Below, piece by piece: positions 10,018 to 20,745 of a stretch of DNA of 64,000 nt. This stretch comes from an uncultured delta proteobacterium. GTDB lineage: Bacteria; Desulfobacterota; Desulfuromonadia; Desulfuromonadales; JACZKF01. Location of the stretch: assembly GCA_963816395.1 (NCBI GenBank), contig CAWFKQ010000007.1, forward strand, positions 415,929 through 479,928. The letters run 5' to 3'. The notes beneath the pieces were generated by a model. The model was not told the DNA's origin, did no database searches, and saw nothing but the letters and a program-made list of their open reading frames with translations. Both the position numbers and the translations under genes were made by a program. Every line of letters begins with the position of its first letter. Position 1 is the stretch's first letter.

Positions 10018-11094
10018 TCACCTTGCCTTCGGATACGAACCCAGCACCTTGACAAACTGGCAGTAATCCTTCAACTCGGTGATAGCGGTGCGAACGTTTT
10101 CTTCTTCAATATGCCCGTCCATATCGAGAAAGAAGATATATTCCCAGGCCTTGGTTTTCATCGGCCGGCTCTCGATTTTGGACAGGTTGATGCCGCGTTT
10201 GCTGAACGGTTCCAGCATGCGATAGAGAATGCCCGGCTCGTCGTGGACGCTGAACATCACGGAGGTCTTGTCCCGGCCACTGGGCGCCGGGGAGCGGCGG
10301 CCGATGACCAGAAAACGGGTGAAGTTGCTGGGGTTGTCCTCGATTTTCTCCTTCACCGTCTTCAGGCCGTAGAGGGAGGCTGCCATTTCGCTGGCGATGG
10401 CGGCCGCGGTATCGTCCTCGGCGGCCATCTGCGCCGCCTGGGCGGTGCTGGCGACATCGACCAGGGGAACCTCCGGGAGGTTTTCTTCCAGCCAGTGACG
10501 GCATTGAGCCAGCGGCTGGGGGTGGGAAAGGATCTTTTTCACATCTTCCAGAGAACCGCTGCGGGAGAGGAGGAAATGGGAGATCTGCAGCAGGATTTCG
10601 GCGCTGATCTGCAGGTCGGACTCCATGAACATGTCCAGGGTGTGGGAAACCACCCCTTCCGTGGAGTTCTCCACCGGCACCACGCCGTAATGTACCCGCC
10701 CACGTCGGACCTCGTCAAAAATTCCGGGGATGCTCTTCTGCGGCACAAGTTGGGCGGAGAAGCCGAACTGCTGCATGGCGGCGACGTGAGTGAAGGTTCC
10801 CTGCGGTCCGAGAAAAGCCACCTTCATGGGCTGTTCGAGGGAGAGGGAGGCGGAGATGATCTCGCGGAAAACCCGGCGGATCGCCTCGGTGGGAAAGGGG
10901 CCGGGATTGCTTTCGGCAAGCCGCTGATAAATCGCCTGCTCCCGGCTGGGAACGTAGAAATCCTGGTTCTTGCCGGCCTTGGCCCGGCCCACCTCGAGGA
11001 CTACCCGGGCTCGCCGATTGAGCAGTTCCAAAATCTGGTCGTCGATGGCATCGATCTGCTGCCGCAGTCCGCCGAGCTCTTCTTTTCCGCTCAT
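10018..11094 (-). CDS. pheA: Bifunctional chorismate mutase/prephenate dehydratase
   Basis: N-terminal CM domain (LRQQIDAIDDQILELLNRR), PVENSTEG, NFTRF, ACT domain with IESRP. Confidence 0.96.
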   Translation of the reverse strand: MSGKEELGGLRQQIDAIDDQILELLNRRARVVLEVGRAKAGKNQDFYVPSREQAIYQRLAESNPGPFPTEAIRRVFREIISASLSLEQPMKVAFLGPQGTFTHVAAMQQFGFSAQLVPQKSIPGIFDEVRRGRVHYGVVPVENSTEGVVSHTLDMFMESDLQISAEILLQISHFLLSRSGSLEDVKKILSHPQPLAQCRHWLEENLPEVPLVDVASTAQAAQMAAEDDTAAAIASEMAASLYGLKTVKEKIEDNPSNFTRFLVIGRRSPAPSGRDKTSVMFSVHDEPGILYRMLEPFSKRGINLSKIESRPMKTKAWEYIFFLDMDGHIEEENVRTAITELKDYCQFVKVLGSYPKAR

Positions 11095-11287
11095 GGCACT
11101 ATCCCTTCCCGCCCCGTTGGAACGGGCAATGTAGCCCAAACCGGCGGAAAAAGCAAGGCGTTCAGGGAGGTAGCGGCACCCTCGGCAAGGCTGTTGCCAG
11201 GGGTTTTGGGAGCGGGAAAAATGGAAATTGCCTTTCCCCGGCTTCCCCGCTAAACTGCATTCCTCATTTCATTTGAAGGAGTGTGGC

Positions 11288-12502
11288 ATGGCGATAGCAG
11301 ACAAGGTGAAGGAGTGCATCGAGCGCTCGTCTTGGATTCGTAAGATGTTCGAGGAAGGGGCGCGGCTGCGCCAGTTGCATGGCGAAGAGAACGTCTTCGA
11401 CTTCACCCTGGGGAATCCCTCGGTAGAACCGCCGGAGGCGTTTCGCCGCGAGTTGCGGCACTTGGCCGAGCATCCCGTGCCGGGCATGCACCGTTATATG
11501 AACAACGCCGGCTACGAGGAGACGCGCGCGGCGGTCGCAGCGGTTCTGGCCGAGAATTCTGGATGCCCAGTGGCGAGCCGCCATGTGCTCATGACCTGCG
11601 GCGCCGGGGGAGCGCTCAACGTCGCCCTGAAAACGATCCTCAATCCGGGGGAAGAGGTGATCATCCTCGCCCCCTATTTCGTCGAGTATAAATTCTACAT
11701 CGATAATCACGGCGGCGTCAGCCGGGAGGCGTGGACCGACCGGGAGAGCTTCCAGCTCGACATTGCCGCCATCGAGCGGGCGATCGGCCCATCAACTCGA
11801 GCTGTCATTGTCAATTCCCCCAACAACCCGACCGGGGTGATCTACCCGGAGGAGAGCCTGCGGGCCCTAGGAGAGATGCTGGAACGGAAGGGCCGTGAAC
11901 TCGGCCGGCAGATTTATGTCATCTCCGACGAACCCTACGCCCGCCTCTCCTACGACGGCCAGCGCGTGCCGGCGGTTTTCTCCTGCATCCGCAACGCAAT
12001 CGTCGTCACTTCCCATTCCAAGGACCTCGCCCTGCCCGGGGAGCGCATCGGCTATGTGGCGGCCAATCCCGCTATGGAGGAGGTCGACCTGTTCCTGGAG
12101 GGAGCGGTCTTCTGCAACCGGGTCCTCGGCTTCGTCAATGCCCCGGCGCTGATGCAGCGCCTGGTGGCCAAGCTCCAGCGGGAGAGCGTCGATATCGGCG
12201 AATACCAGCGCAAACGGGACCTGCTTTACGAACACTTGACCGGCCTCGGTTTCCGCATAGTGAAACCCGGCGGCGGCTTTTATCTCTTCCCGCAATCTCC
12301 CCTGCCCGACGATATCGCCTTCGTCCGCCTGGCCCAGAAACACAATATTCTGCTGGTGCCGGGGGCGGGTTTCGGCGCCCCGGGATATTTCCGCATTGCC
12401 TATTGCGTCGACGAGGCGACGATCCGCCGCAGTCTGCCGGCATGGGACCGGCTGGCGGCCGAACTCGACCGGGATGGCTTGGAAGGGGAAAGGGCGCGGT
12501 GA
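11288..12502 (+). CDS. Class I/II PLP-dependent aminotransferase (aspartate aminotransferase-like)
   Basis: NSPNNPTG, SDEPY, SHSKDL (PLP lysine), GERIGY; AAGGAG RBS. Confidence 0.9.
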   Translation: MAIADKVKECIERSSWIRKMFEEGARLRQLHGEENVFDFTLGNPSVEPPEAFRRELRHLAEHPVPGMHRYMNNAGYEETRAAVAAVLAENSGCPVASRHVLMTCGAGGALNVALKTILNPGEEVIILAPYFVEYKFYIDNHGGVSREAWTDRESFQLDIAAIERAIGPSTRAVIVNSPNNPTGVIYPEESLRALGEMLERKGRELGRQIYVISDEPYARLSYDGQRVPAVFSCIRNAIVVTSHSKDLALPGERIGYVAANPAMEEVDLFLEGAVFCNRVLGFVNAPALMQRLVAKLQRESVDIGEYQRKRDLLYEHLTGLGFRIVKPGGGFYLFPQSPLPDDIAFVRLAQKHNILLVPGAGFGAPGYFRIAYCVDEATIRRSLPAWDRLAAELDRDGLEGERAR

Positions 12503-12622
12503 GCCTTGATTTTCGCTGATGGCCCGGGCGACAGGACCTGCGGTTCGGGCGCAGAATGCAGCCTCATGCGCCCGGGGTCGGGATTCCCCGCTGTTGAGCG
12601 TAGCCAGGGTCGGAAGGGGATG

Positions 12623-14345
12623 TTATTGATCGGCTGACCGGCAGTCCCGGATCCTCAATTGTACCGATCGAGTACCGCGCCAGTCATTGAAGGCCGGGGT
12701 GAAAAGAATATCGATATTTCCCCGCAATTCGGGCGCCCGGTCGGCCATGCCGAAAGCGATGCAGGGGAAACTGCAGCCGCCCTGGCGGGCGGTGAAGCGC
12801 AGATGATTTTCACCGACCGGGCATACCTGGCGCGCCTGCACTCCCAGGGCGATGAAGGACGGTTCCGGGTTGCCGGCGCCGAAGGGCGCAAGACCGGAGA
12901 TTTCCCGCACCACCTCCGGAGTTATTTCTTCGAACAGCACCTCTCCATCGTGCAGCAGCCGCGGGAGCAGATCCTCCTCCCTGAGCACCTCCCGGGCCAC
13001 TTGTTCGAAGGCGGCGGCAAAGACGCTGAGATTTCTTTCGGCGATGGTCAGGCCGGCGGCGCATTCGTGGCCGCCGAAGCCCTCCAGGTGCCCGCCACAA
13101 CGCTGCAGGGCATGAAAGAGGTGGAGGCCGGCGATGGAACGTGCCGATCCCTTGCCAATGCCGTTCTGCAGGGCAATGAGAATGGTCGGCCGATGGTAAC
13201 GTTCCACCAGGCGGCTGGCGACGATGCCGATGACGCCGGGATGCCAGCGGGAGTCGGCAAGAACGATGGCATACTCTCCCCCCTCTCCCTGTTCCAGTCG
13301 CTCCACGGCCTGTCTCAGAGTCTCCTCCTCGAACCGCTGCCGCTGCCGGTTAAAAAGATCGAGCTGCTCGGCAATGGCCTGCGCCGGGGCGGCTTCGCCG
13401 GCGAGCATAAGTTCCACCCCCAGCGCGGCATCTTCCAACCGGCCGGCGGCATTGAGACGAGGGGCAAGGCGAAAGGCTACGGCGCCGCAGTTGACCTCCT
13501 TTACTGCCGCCACCTTTTTCAGCGCCTCCAGGCCGGGTCTTTCCGAACGGGCGATGACCTTCAGCCCGACCCGAGTCAGTAAACGGTTGACCCCGGTCAG
13601 AGGCACCACATCGGCAATCGTGCCCAGGGCGACCAGGTCGAGGGAACGGCGCAGGTCCGGCTCGTCCCTCCCACCGAAGGCGCCCTTCTCCCGCAAGACC
13701 TTGCGCAGGGCGACCAGGAGAAAAAAGGCCACTCCCACCCCTGCCAGACTCCTGTAGGGAAAGGCGCTCCCCGCTAGACGCGGGGTGCACGATGGCGCAG
13801 GCCGGCGGCAGGCGATCAGGAGGCTCATGGTGGTCGGTGATGATGAGGTCGAGGTCCAGGGAAGCGGCCAGGCTGGCTTCGGCAGCGGCGGAGATACCGC
13901 AATCGACGGAGAGGATAACCCGGGCTCCGGCCGCCGCAGCCTGCTTCAGGGCAGCGGCGGAAAGGCCGTAGCCGTCGCGTAGCCGCAGGGGAATATGATA
14001 TTCGACACGGGCGCCAAAAGCCCGCAGGTTTTCCACCAGGAGGGCCGCGCCGGTGATGCCGTCGACGTCATAGTCGCCGTGCACCGAGATCAATTCACCA
14101 TTGGCAATGGCGTCGGCCAGGCGGTTGGCAGCCGGGGCGGCTCCCGGCAGGAGGAAGGGATCAGGGAGAGCCGCCAGCCGCCCGTCAAGAAAGGCAAGCC
14201 CCTCGGCAACGGAACGGATGCCGCGGAAAAGAAGCGTCCGCCCGGTCAGGGCGGACAGCCCCAGACCGGCGCAGAGGGGAGCGAGCTGTTGCAGAACCGC
14301 CGCATCCCCCCGCCACAGCCAGTGCCGGCCGCTTACCGGCTGCAT
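12623..14345 (-). CDS. recJ: Single-stranded-DNA exonuclease RecJ, split by an apparent frameshift near 13785
   Basis: HGDYDVDG, GYG, SVDCGI and TDHH in one frame; LAGVGVAF, GTIADVVPL, PRLNAAGR, GSARS and GGH in another. Confidence 0.9.
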
Positions 14346-14385
14346 ATGTTTTCCGCCCCGGCGGCCGGCCGCTGCGGGCAGCCGG

Positions 14386-14981
14386 TCATTTTGCCGGCTG
14401 GGCGGCCGGGGCAGGCGCCGACGAGCTCGCTGGGTCGGGTGGGTGCGGATGAATTCGAGCTCAGCGCGAATCTGATCGGCGCCGGGACCGCTCGGGTTCA
14501 ACTGCAGAAAGCGGGTCCAGACCTCGGCCGCCTTGGGAAAGTCGTTCAGATCATACCGGTAGACCACTCCCAGGTTGAACAGGCTCTGCAGATGGGCGGG
14601 ATTGATCTTGCCGGCCTTGGTGAAATTGGCGATCGCCCGATCGAACCAGCCGAGACGGCGGAACATGATCCCCTGATCGGTGAGCAGGTCCGGATCATTG
14701 GGGTCCATCTCCAGCGCCTTGCCGTAAGCCTCGACCGCTTTCGCCGCCTGATCCGAATCGAAATAGCTGTTCCCCAACTGGACCCAGGCATTGCGGTTAC
14801 CGGGATCCTTAGCCACAATCCCCTCCAGGATGCGGATCTTATCCTGGTAATTGACCGCCGGCGCCGCCGTTCCGGCGGGCGCCGCACTTTCCTTCCCCCG
14901 GTCCCCCTTGCTGACCAGAATACCGATCAGCAGGCCGACGACCAAGGCGATGCCGACGATCAGAACCGTCTCTTTTTTCAT
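14386..14981 (-). CDS. Membrane-anchored TPR protein; C-terminus frameshifted near 14430
   Basis: N-terminal TM and about 3 TPR units. The shifted frame gives a Pro/Ala tail ending at TGA 14386-14388, just before the recJ RBS and ATG. Confidence 0.8.
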
Positions 14982-14982
14982 C

Positions 14983-15927
14983 TCAGGTATTCCTTTGACT
15001 GATTACCCCTTTGGCCGGTACTGCGGACTTCCCGTCCTTGTGTTTCTCCCAGAGGAGCAGGACCGGGCTGGCCACGTAGATGGAAGAATAGGTTCCGACG
15101 ATGATCCCGACGAGCATGGCAAAAGCGAAGCTGTTAATGACGGTCCCGCCGAAGAAAAACAGGGCAAGTACCGCCAGCATGGTCATCCCGGAGGTCATGA
15201 CTGTTCGAGAAAGAGTTTCATTGATGCTGCGATTGATAATCGATGACAGATTATCCTTGGGATGCTTCCCCATATTTTCGCGAATCCGGTCGCAGACAAT
15301 GACCGTGTCGTTGACGGAATAACCGATGATGGTGAGAAAGGCGGCAATAATGGTCAGGTCGATCTCCCTGTTGAGCAGGGAAAAGAACGTGAGAGTGATG
15401 AGCACATCATGGACCAGGGCGATGACGGCCCCGACCCCGAAGCGGAATTCAAACCGCCAGGTGATGTAGATGAGCATGCCGGCAATGGCAAAAAGAACCG
15501 CCATCAATCCTTTATTGCGCAAGTTCTTGCTGACCTTGGGCCCGACCATTTCGGTACGGCGGATTTCCACCTTCCCCTCCCCGTAGGTCTTCTCCAGGGT
15601 GGTCTTGATCCTGGCGGCCAGACTCTCCAACTCTGTGCTCGATTCCTGCGCCCGCACGAGAAATTCGTCCGGCTGAGTTCCGAACTGCTGGATGGTCATG
15701 CTGCGCAGTCCCAAATCCTTCAGGGCATCCCGAACCTTCGCTGCTGAGGTGCTCTCGCCGAAACGAACCTGCACCAGGGTGCCGCCGGCGAAATCGATCC
15801 CGTAAGAAGGGCCGCCCTTGACCACCAGGGAAACGATCCCTATCAGAATAAGGACCAGGGAAAAAGCGAAGGCAATCTTACGCTTGCCGACAAAATCAAT
15901 ATTGGTATTGGGTTTGATTATTTCCAT
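14983..15927 (-). CDS. secF: Protein translocase subunit SecF
   Basis: GIDFAGGT, GYSVNDTVIVCDRIRE, TLSRT motifs; follows secD. Confidence 0.97.
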   Translation of the reverse strand: MEIIKPNTNIDFVGKRKIAFAFSLVLILIGIVSLVVKGGPSYGIDFAGGTLVQVRFGESTSAAKVRDALKDLGLRSMTIQQFGTQPDEFLVRAQESSTELESLAARIKTTLEKTYGEGKVEIRRTEMVGPKVSKNLRNKGLMAVLFAIAGMLIYITWRFEFRFGVGAVIALVHDVLITLTFFSLLNREIDLTIIAAFLTIIGYSVNDTVIVCDRIRENMGKHPKDNLSSIINRSINETLSRTVMTSGMTMLAVLALFFFGGTVINSFAFAMLVGIIVGTYSSIYVASPVLLLWEKHKDGKSAVPAKGVISQRNT

Positions 15928-15937
15928 CGGCCTTTCC

Positions 15938-17536
15938 TCAAATGCTCAGCCGCTTGATCGTGCGGCGTTCCAGGAAGAAGTGGTAAATGAGCCGGGTGAT
16001 GAACAAGGCGGAGAACAGGGTGGTGAGGATGCCAGCCGAAAGAGTGACAGCGAATCCCTTGACCGGACCGGTGCCGAACTGGAACAGAATCAGCCCGGCG
16101 AGCAAAGTGGTAAGGTTGGAGTCCATGACGGTCCAGAAGGCCTTGGCATAGCCGGCTTCCAGGCTGGCCCGGGCGGTTTTCCCCAAGCGCAGTTCCTCGC
16201 GTATGCGCTCGTTGATCAGCACGTTGGCATCGACCGCCATGCCGAGGGTCAGGGCGATACCGGCGATGCCGGGCAGGGTCAGAGTCGCTTTGAAAAGGCT
16301 GAGAATGGCCAGAATGAAGAGCAGGTTCATGCCCAGGGCGATATTGGCGACTATGCCAGCCCACTTGTAGTAAATCACCATGGCCACAACCACCAGAATT
16401 CCCGCCAGAAGAACGGCGATAATCCCCTGATGGATGGAATCCCGGCCGAGGGAAGGTCCGACGGTGCGGTTTTCCAGGATCTTCACCGGCGCCGGCAGGG
16501 AGCCGGCCCGCAGGACGATGGCCAGGTCGGTGGCCTCCTGGGAGGTGAAGGAGCCGCTGATCTGGGCGCTCCCTCCGGAAATCCGCTCGCGGATCACCGG
16601 GGCGGAATAGACGGTGTTATCCAGAACGATGGCCATCCGTTTACCGACGTTGGCGGCGGTAATCTGGTCGAACCGTTTGGCCCCGAGTGAATTGAAATCA
16701 ATGGAGACATAAGGCTCATTGAAGCGGGAATCGATCCGGACCTGGGCGTCGGACAACAGATCGCCAGTCAGGACAGTCTTGTCCTTGACCACGATGGGGA
16801 TCTCGGTCACCGTTCCATTTTGTGGATCTACCTTGCGCTCATACAGGATTTCGTCACCCGGGGGAAGCTTCCCCTTGAGGGCCTCCTGTGCGTTGACATC
16901 CTCGTCGACCATCTTGAAATCGAGACGGGCGGTTTTACCCAGCAGGGCGATGGCGCGCTGCGGATCCTTGACCCCGGGAAGCTGGATCAGGATGTCGTTA
17001 TCCCCCTGGCGCTGAATGGTCGGTTCACTGACCCCGAACTGGTCCACACGGTTGCGCAGAGTTTCCAGTGCCTGGCGGATGGCGTAGTCCTTGATGCGGG
17101 CGATTTCATTTTCGCTGAGGCGGTAGTCCTTCTGGATATAGCCCCCCTCTTCCTTGAGCGTCAGCGGCTCCAGGGTGGGGAAATTATCCTTCATCAGGGC
17201 ATCGACCTTGGCACCGGCGGTCTGGTCATAGACCGTCACTCCCACCAGGTCGCCGGGCAGGCGGGTCACCCGTTTGAAGACGACATCCTTTTCCCGCAGG
17301 AGGGAATCGGTCTGGTCGACGATGCTGTCGACCCGGCTCTCGACCGCCTTATCCACGTCGACCCCCAACACCAGGTGCATCCCCCCCTGCAGGTCGAGGC
17401 CGAGATGAATCGGATCGAAGGCCTTTTTCCACCAATCGGGAAGACTCTGCGAAAAAAACGTAGGGGCTAGGGATACCAGTGCGAGGACCAGGAGAAGCAG
17501 GACCAGCAGTCCTCGCCATTGGATACTTTTGGACAT
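15938..17536 (-). CDS. secD: Protein translocase subunit SecD
   Basis: LGLDLQGG, RVDQFGVSEP, GMAVDANVLINERIREE. Confidence 0.97.
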   Translation of the reverse strand: MSKSIQWRGLLVLLLLVLALVSLAPTFFSQSLPDWWKKAFDPIHLGLDLQGGMHLVLGVDVDKAVESRVDSIVDQTDSLLREKDVVFKRVTRLPGDLVGVTVYDQTAGAKVDALMKDNFPTLEPLTLKEEGGYIQKDYRLSENEIARIKDYAIRQALETLRNRVDQFGVSEPTIQRQGDNDILIQLPGVKDPQRAIALLGKTARLDFKMVDEDVNAQEALKGKLPPGDEILYERKVDPQNGTVTEIPIVVKDKTVLTGDLLSDAQVRIDSRFNEPYVSIDFNSLGAKRFDQITAANVGKRMAIVLDNTVYSAPVIRERISGGSAQISGSFTSQEATDLAIVLRAGSLPAPVKILENRTVGPSLGRDSIHQGIIAVLLAGILVVVAMVIYYKWAGIVANIALGMNLLFILAILSLFKATLTLPGIAGIALTLGMAVDANVLINERIREELRLGKTARASLEAGYAKAFWTVMDSNLTTLLAGLILFQFGTGPVKGFAVTLSAGILTTLFSALFITRLIYHFFLERRTIKRLSI

Positions 17537-17612
17537 GGCTGAATGAACTCCTTTCGGGAATTTCCGGGCGGCCGGCGCTTACCGGCAGCCGAAAACGGAC
17601 GCCTGGCGGCGG

Positions 17613-17942
17613 TCAGCCTTCCTGCTTGGCGCCGATAACGGAAGAGCGGTTGACTTTGACTTTGACACCCGTCGCCACTTCGAGAACCACAAGGGTTTCC
17701 TGCAATGCCGAGACTTTTCCATGCAGCCCGCCGGCGGTAACCACCTGATCTCCCACCTTAAGGTTTTCGATGAGTTGCTTGTGCTGCTTGGCGCGCTTCT
17801 GCTGCGGGCGAATCAGCAGAAAATAGAAAATGGCGAACATGATCACCAGCATGATGATCCCCTCGTACCCTGGACGCTGCTGGCCTGCGCCCGTGCCGTT
17901 GCCGGCCATGGCAAAGGCTTCGGAAATGCCGAACAAATTCAT
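17613..17942 (-). CDS. yajC: Preprotein translocase subunit YajC
   Basis: FYFLLIRPQQKR and GDQVVTAGGLHG; located between tgt and secD. Confidence 0.96.
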   Translation of the reverse strand: MNLFGISEAFAMAGNGTGAGQQRPGYEGIIMLVIMFAIFYFLLIRPQQKRAKQHKQLIENLKVGDQVVTAGGLHGKVSALQETLVVLEVATGVKVKVNRSSVIGAKQEG

Positions 17943-18009
17943 TGGTGACCTCCTTCAGGTGGTGAATACTTCCGATGCTGTAAATAGCAGGCGACAGGCA
18001 AACATGTCA

Positions 18010-19219
<1,210 letters not shown>

Positions 19220-19221
<2 letters not shown>

Positions 19222-20251
19222 AGACAATCAACATGCAATCGCCGTAGCTGAAGAAGCGGAATCCTTCGCGAACGGCACGCTGATAAGCCTGGAGAATGAA
19301 TTCCCGGCCGGCAAAGGCTGCCGTGAGCATCAACAGGGTCGAACAGGGCAGGTGAAAATTGGTGATCAGGGCATCAATCACACGGAAACGAAACCCCGGA
19401 TAGATGAAAAGATCGGTCATCCCCCCACCGGCCAGCACTCGTCCGTCATCGTCGACGGCGAACTCCAGGGTGCGGGTGACGGTAGTCCCCATGGCGAATA
19501 CCCGCCGCCCCTCGGCCTTGGCCCGGTTGACTGCGGCGGCAGTTGTCTCCGGGATGTCGAAAATCTCGCCGTGCATCCGGTGCTGGCGCACATCGTCCAC
19601 CCGCACCGGCAGAAAAGTGCCGAGCCCCACATGCAGGGTCAGGGGCCGGATCTCCACTCCCCGTTCACCCAGTCCGGCCAGGACCGCCTCGGTGAAATGC
19701 AGGCCGGCTGTTGGCGCCGCCACCGCCCCAGGAACTCGGGCGAATATCGTCTGATACCGTTCGCGATCGAGGGGTCCGTCCTCGCGCCGGATATAGGGCG
19801 GCAGCGGGATACGCCCGGTCCGCTCCAGTGCGCGGTGGAAATCGTCGGCGCAGGTGAAGCGGATCAGCCGGTGGGGGGGCTCGCCGCCGGCCAGTACCAG
19901 CCCTTCGATCTCTTCCCCCAGGCGCAGGCGACAGCCGGGCCGCGGAGGTTTCGAGCAGCGGGTCAGACAGACCCAGTCCTCTTCCTCGCCCGGGAGCCGC
20001 CGTACCAGAAAGACCTCGATTTTGCCGCCGGTATCCTTCTGCCCCCGCAGGCGGGCCGGGATGACCCGCGTATCGTTGATCACCAGCAGATCCCCGGGAA
20101 CGAAATAATCGGCGATTTCCGGGAAGTTCCGGGAATAAACCGTCTGTTCACTACGGTGCAGAACCATCAACCGGGAATCTTCGCGGGCGGGCGCTGGGTG
20201 CTGGGCAATCAGCCCAGGAGAAAGATCAAAATTATATTCGTCCAGGCGCAT
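19220..20251 (-). CDS. queA: S-adenosylmethionine:tRNA ribosyltransferase-isomerase
   Basis: NDTRVIPARL, PLPPYI, AAPTAGLHF, TLHVGLGTF, TNFHLP, FFSYGD. Confidence 0.97.
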
Positions 20252-20331
20252 AGGGCCGCCGGCAGTTGCCGGCCTCGAAAACAGCGTATAAATCAATCAT
20301 AGTTGAGGGGCAAAGTCAAATTTTTTCGCCC

Positions 20332-20520
20332 CTAGCTACGCGCCAGGTAAATCACCAGCAGGCCGCCACCCATCGCCGCCAGTCCGGCAAAACGCAGCAT
20401 GGGATCGGGTGCCGCAGTCAGCTGCCGCAGCAGCTTCCGCATCATCCGGGGAGACAGGAACCAGGGGATTCCCTCCACTACCAGCAGCAGGCCGCATGCC
20501 GTCGCCAGAAGCTCTGTCAT
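20332..20520 (-). CDS. DUF2065 (YjeT-like) small membrane protein
   Basis: 62 aa with two TM helices, LLLVVEGIPWFLSP...LRFAGL pattern; GGAGA RBS. Confidence 0.8.
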   Translation of the reverse strand: MTELLATACGLLLVVEGIPWFLSPRMMRKLLRQLTAAPDPMLRFAGLAAMGGGLLVIYLARS

Positions 20521-20554
20521 TCTCCCGGGTCTCCTGAATTTTCATTAGTTTTTC

Positions 20555-20570
20555 TGGCAGACATATTGCA
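20555..20570 (+). promoter_or_regulatory. Putative sigma54 (-24/-12) promoter for the HD-GYP/GGDEF operon
   Basis: TGGCAG-ACATA-TTGCA with exact GG-N10-GC spacing, about 175 nt upstream of the start at 20746. Confidence 0.65.
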
Positions 20571-20599
20571 CAAAATCTGCTATCTCTGTGGAGCAGCGC

Positions 20600-20628
20600 A
20601 TCTTAAAGCATGGTGCTCCACCTGTCAA
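20600..20628 (-). promoter_or_regulatory. Putative sigma70 promoter of the DUF2065-queA-tgt-yajC-secDF operon
   Basis: Minus strand TTGACA-N17-TAAGAT. Confidence 0.65.
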
Positions 20629-20745
20629 GAACGGCCCGCCCTCTTCTGGGCGGGGAATCGCCCGGATCGGCGCTCCGGACGAGCTTCTCGCGCCCGGTGA
20701 TTTCCAGATGGATGCCGGCTTTTCACGGACAAAACGGTCTGGGTA

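Noticed and set aside
13350..14981. 543-aa ORF looking like a TPR-RecJ fusion
   Set aside because: Explained by two indels. The TPR gene has a natural stop at 14386 in the adjacent frame, and recJ has its own start at 14345.
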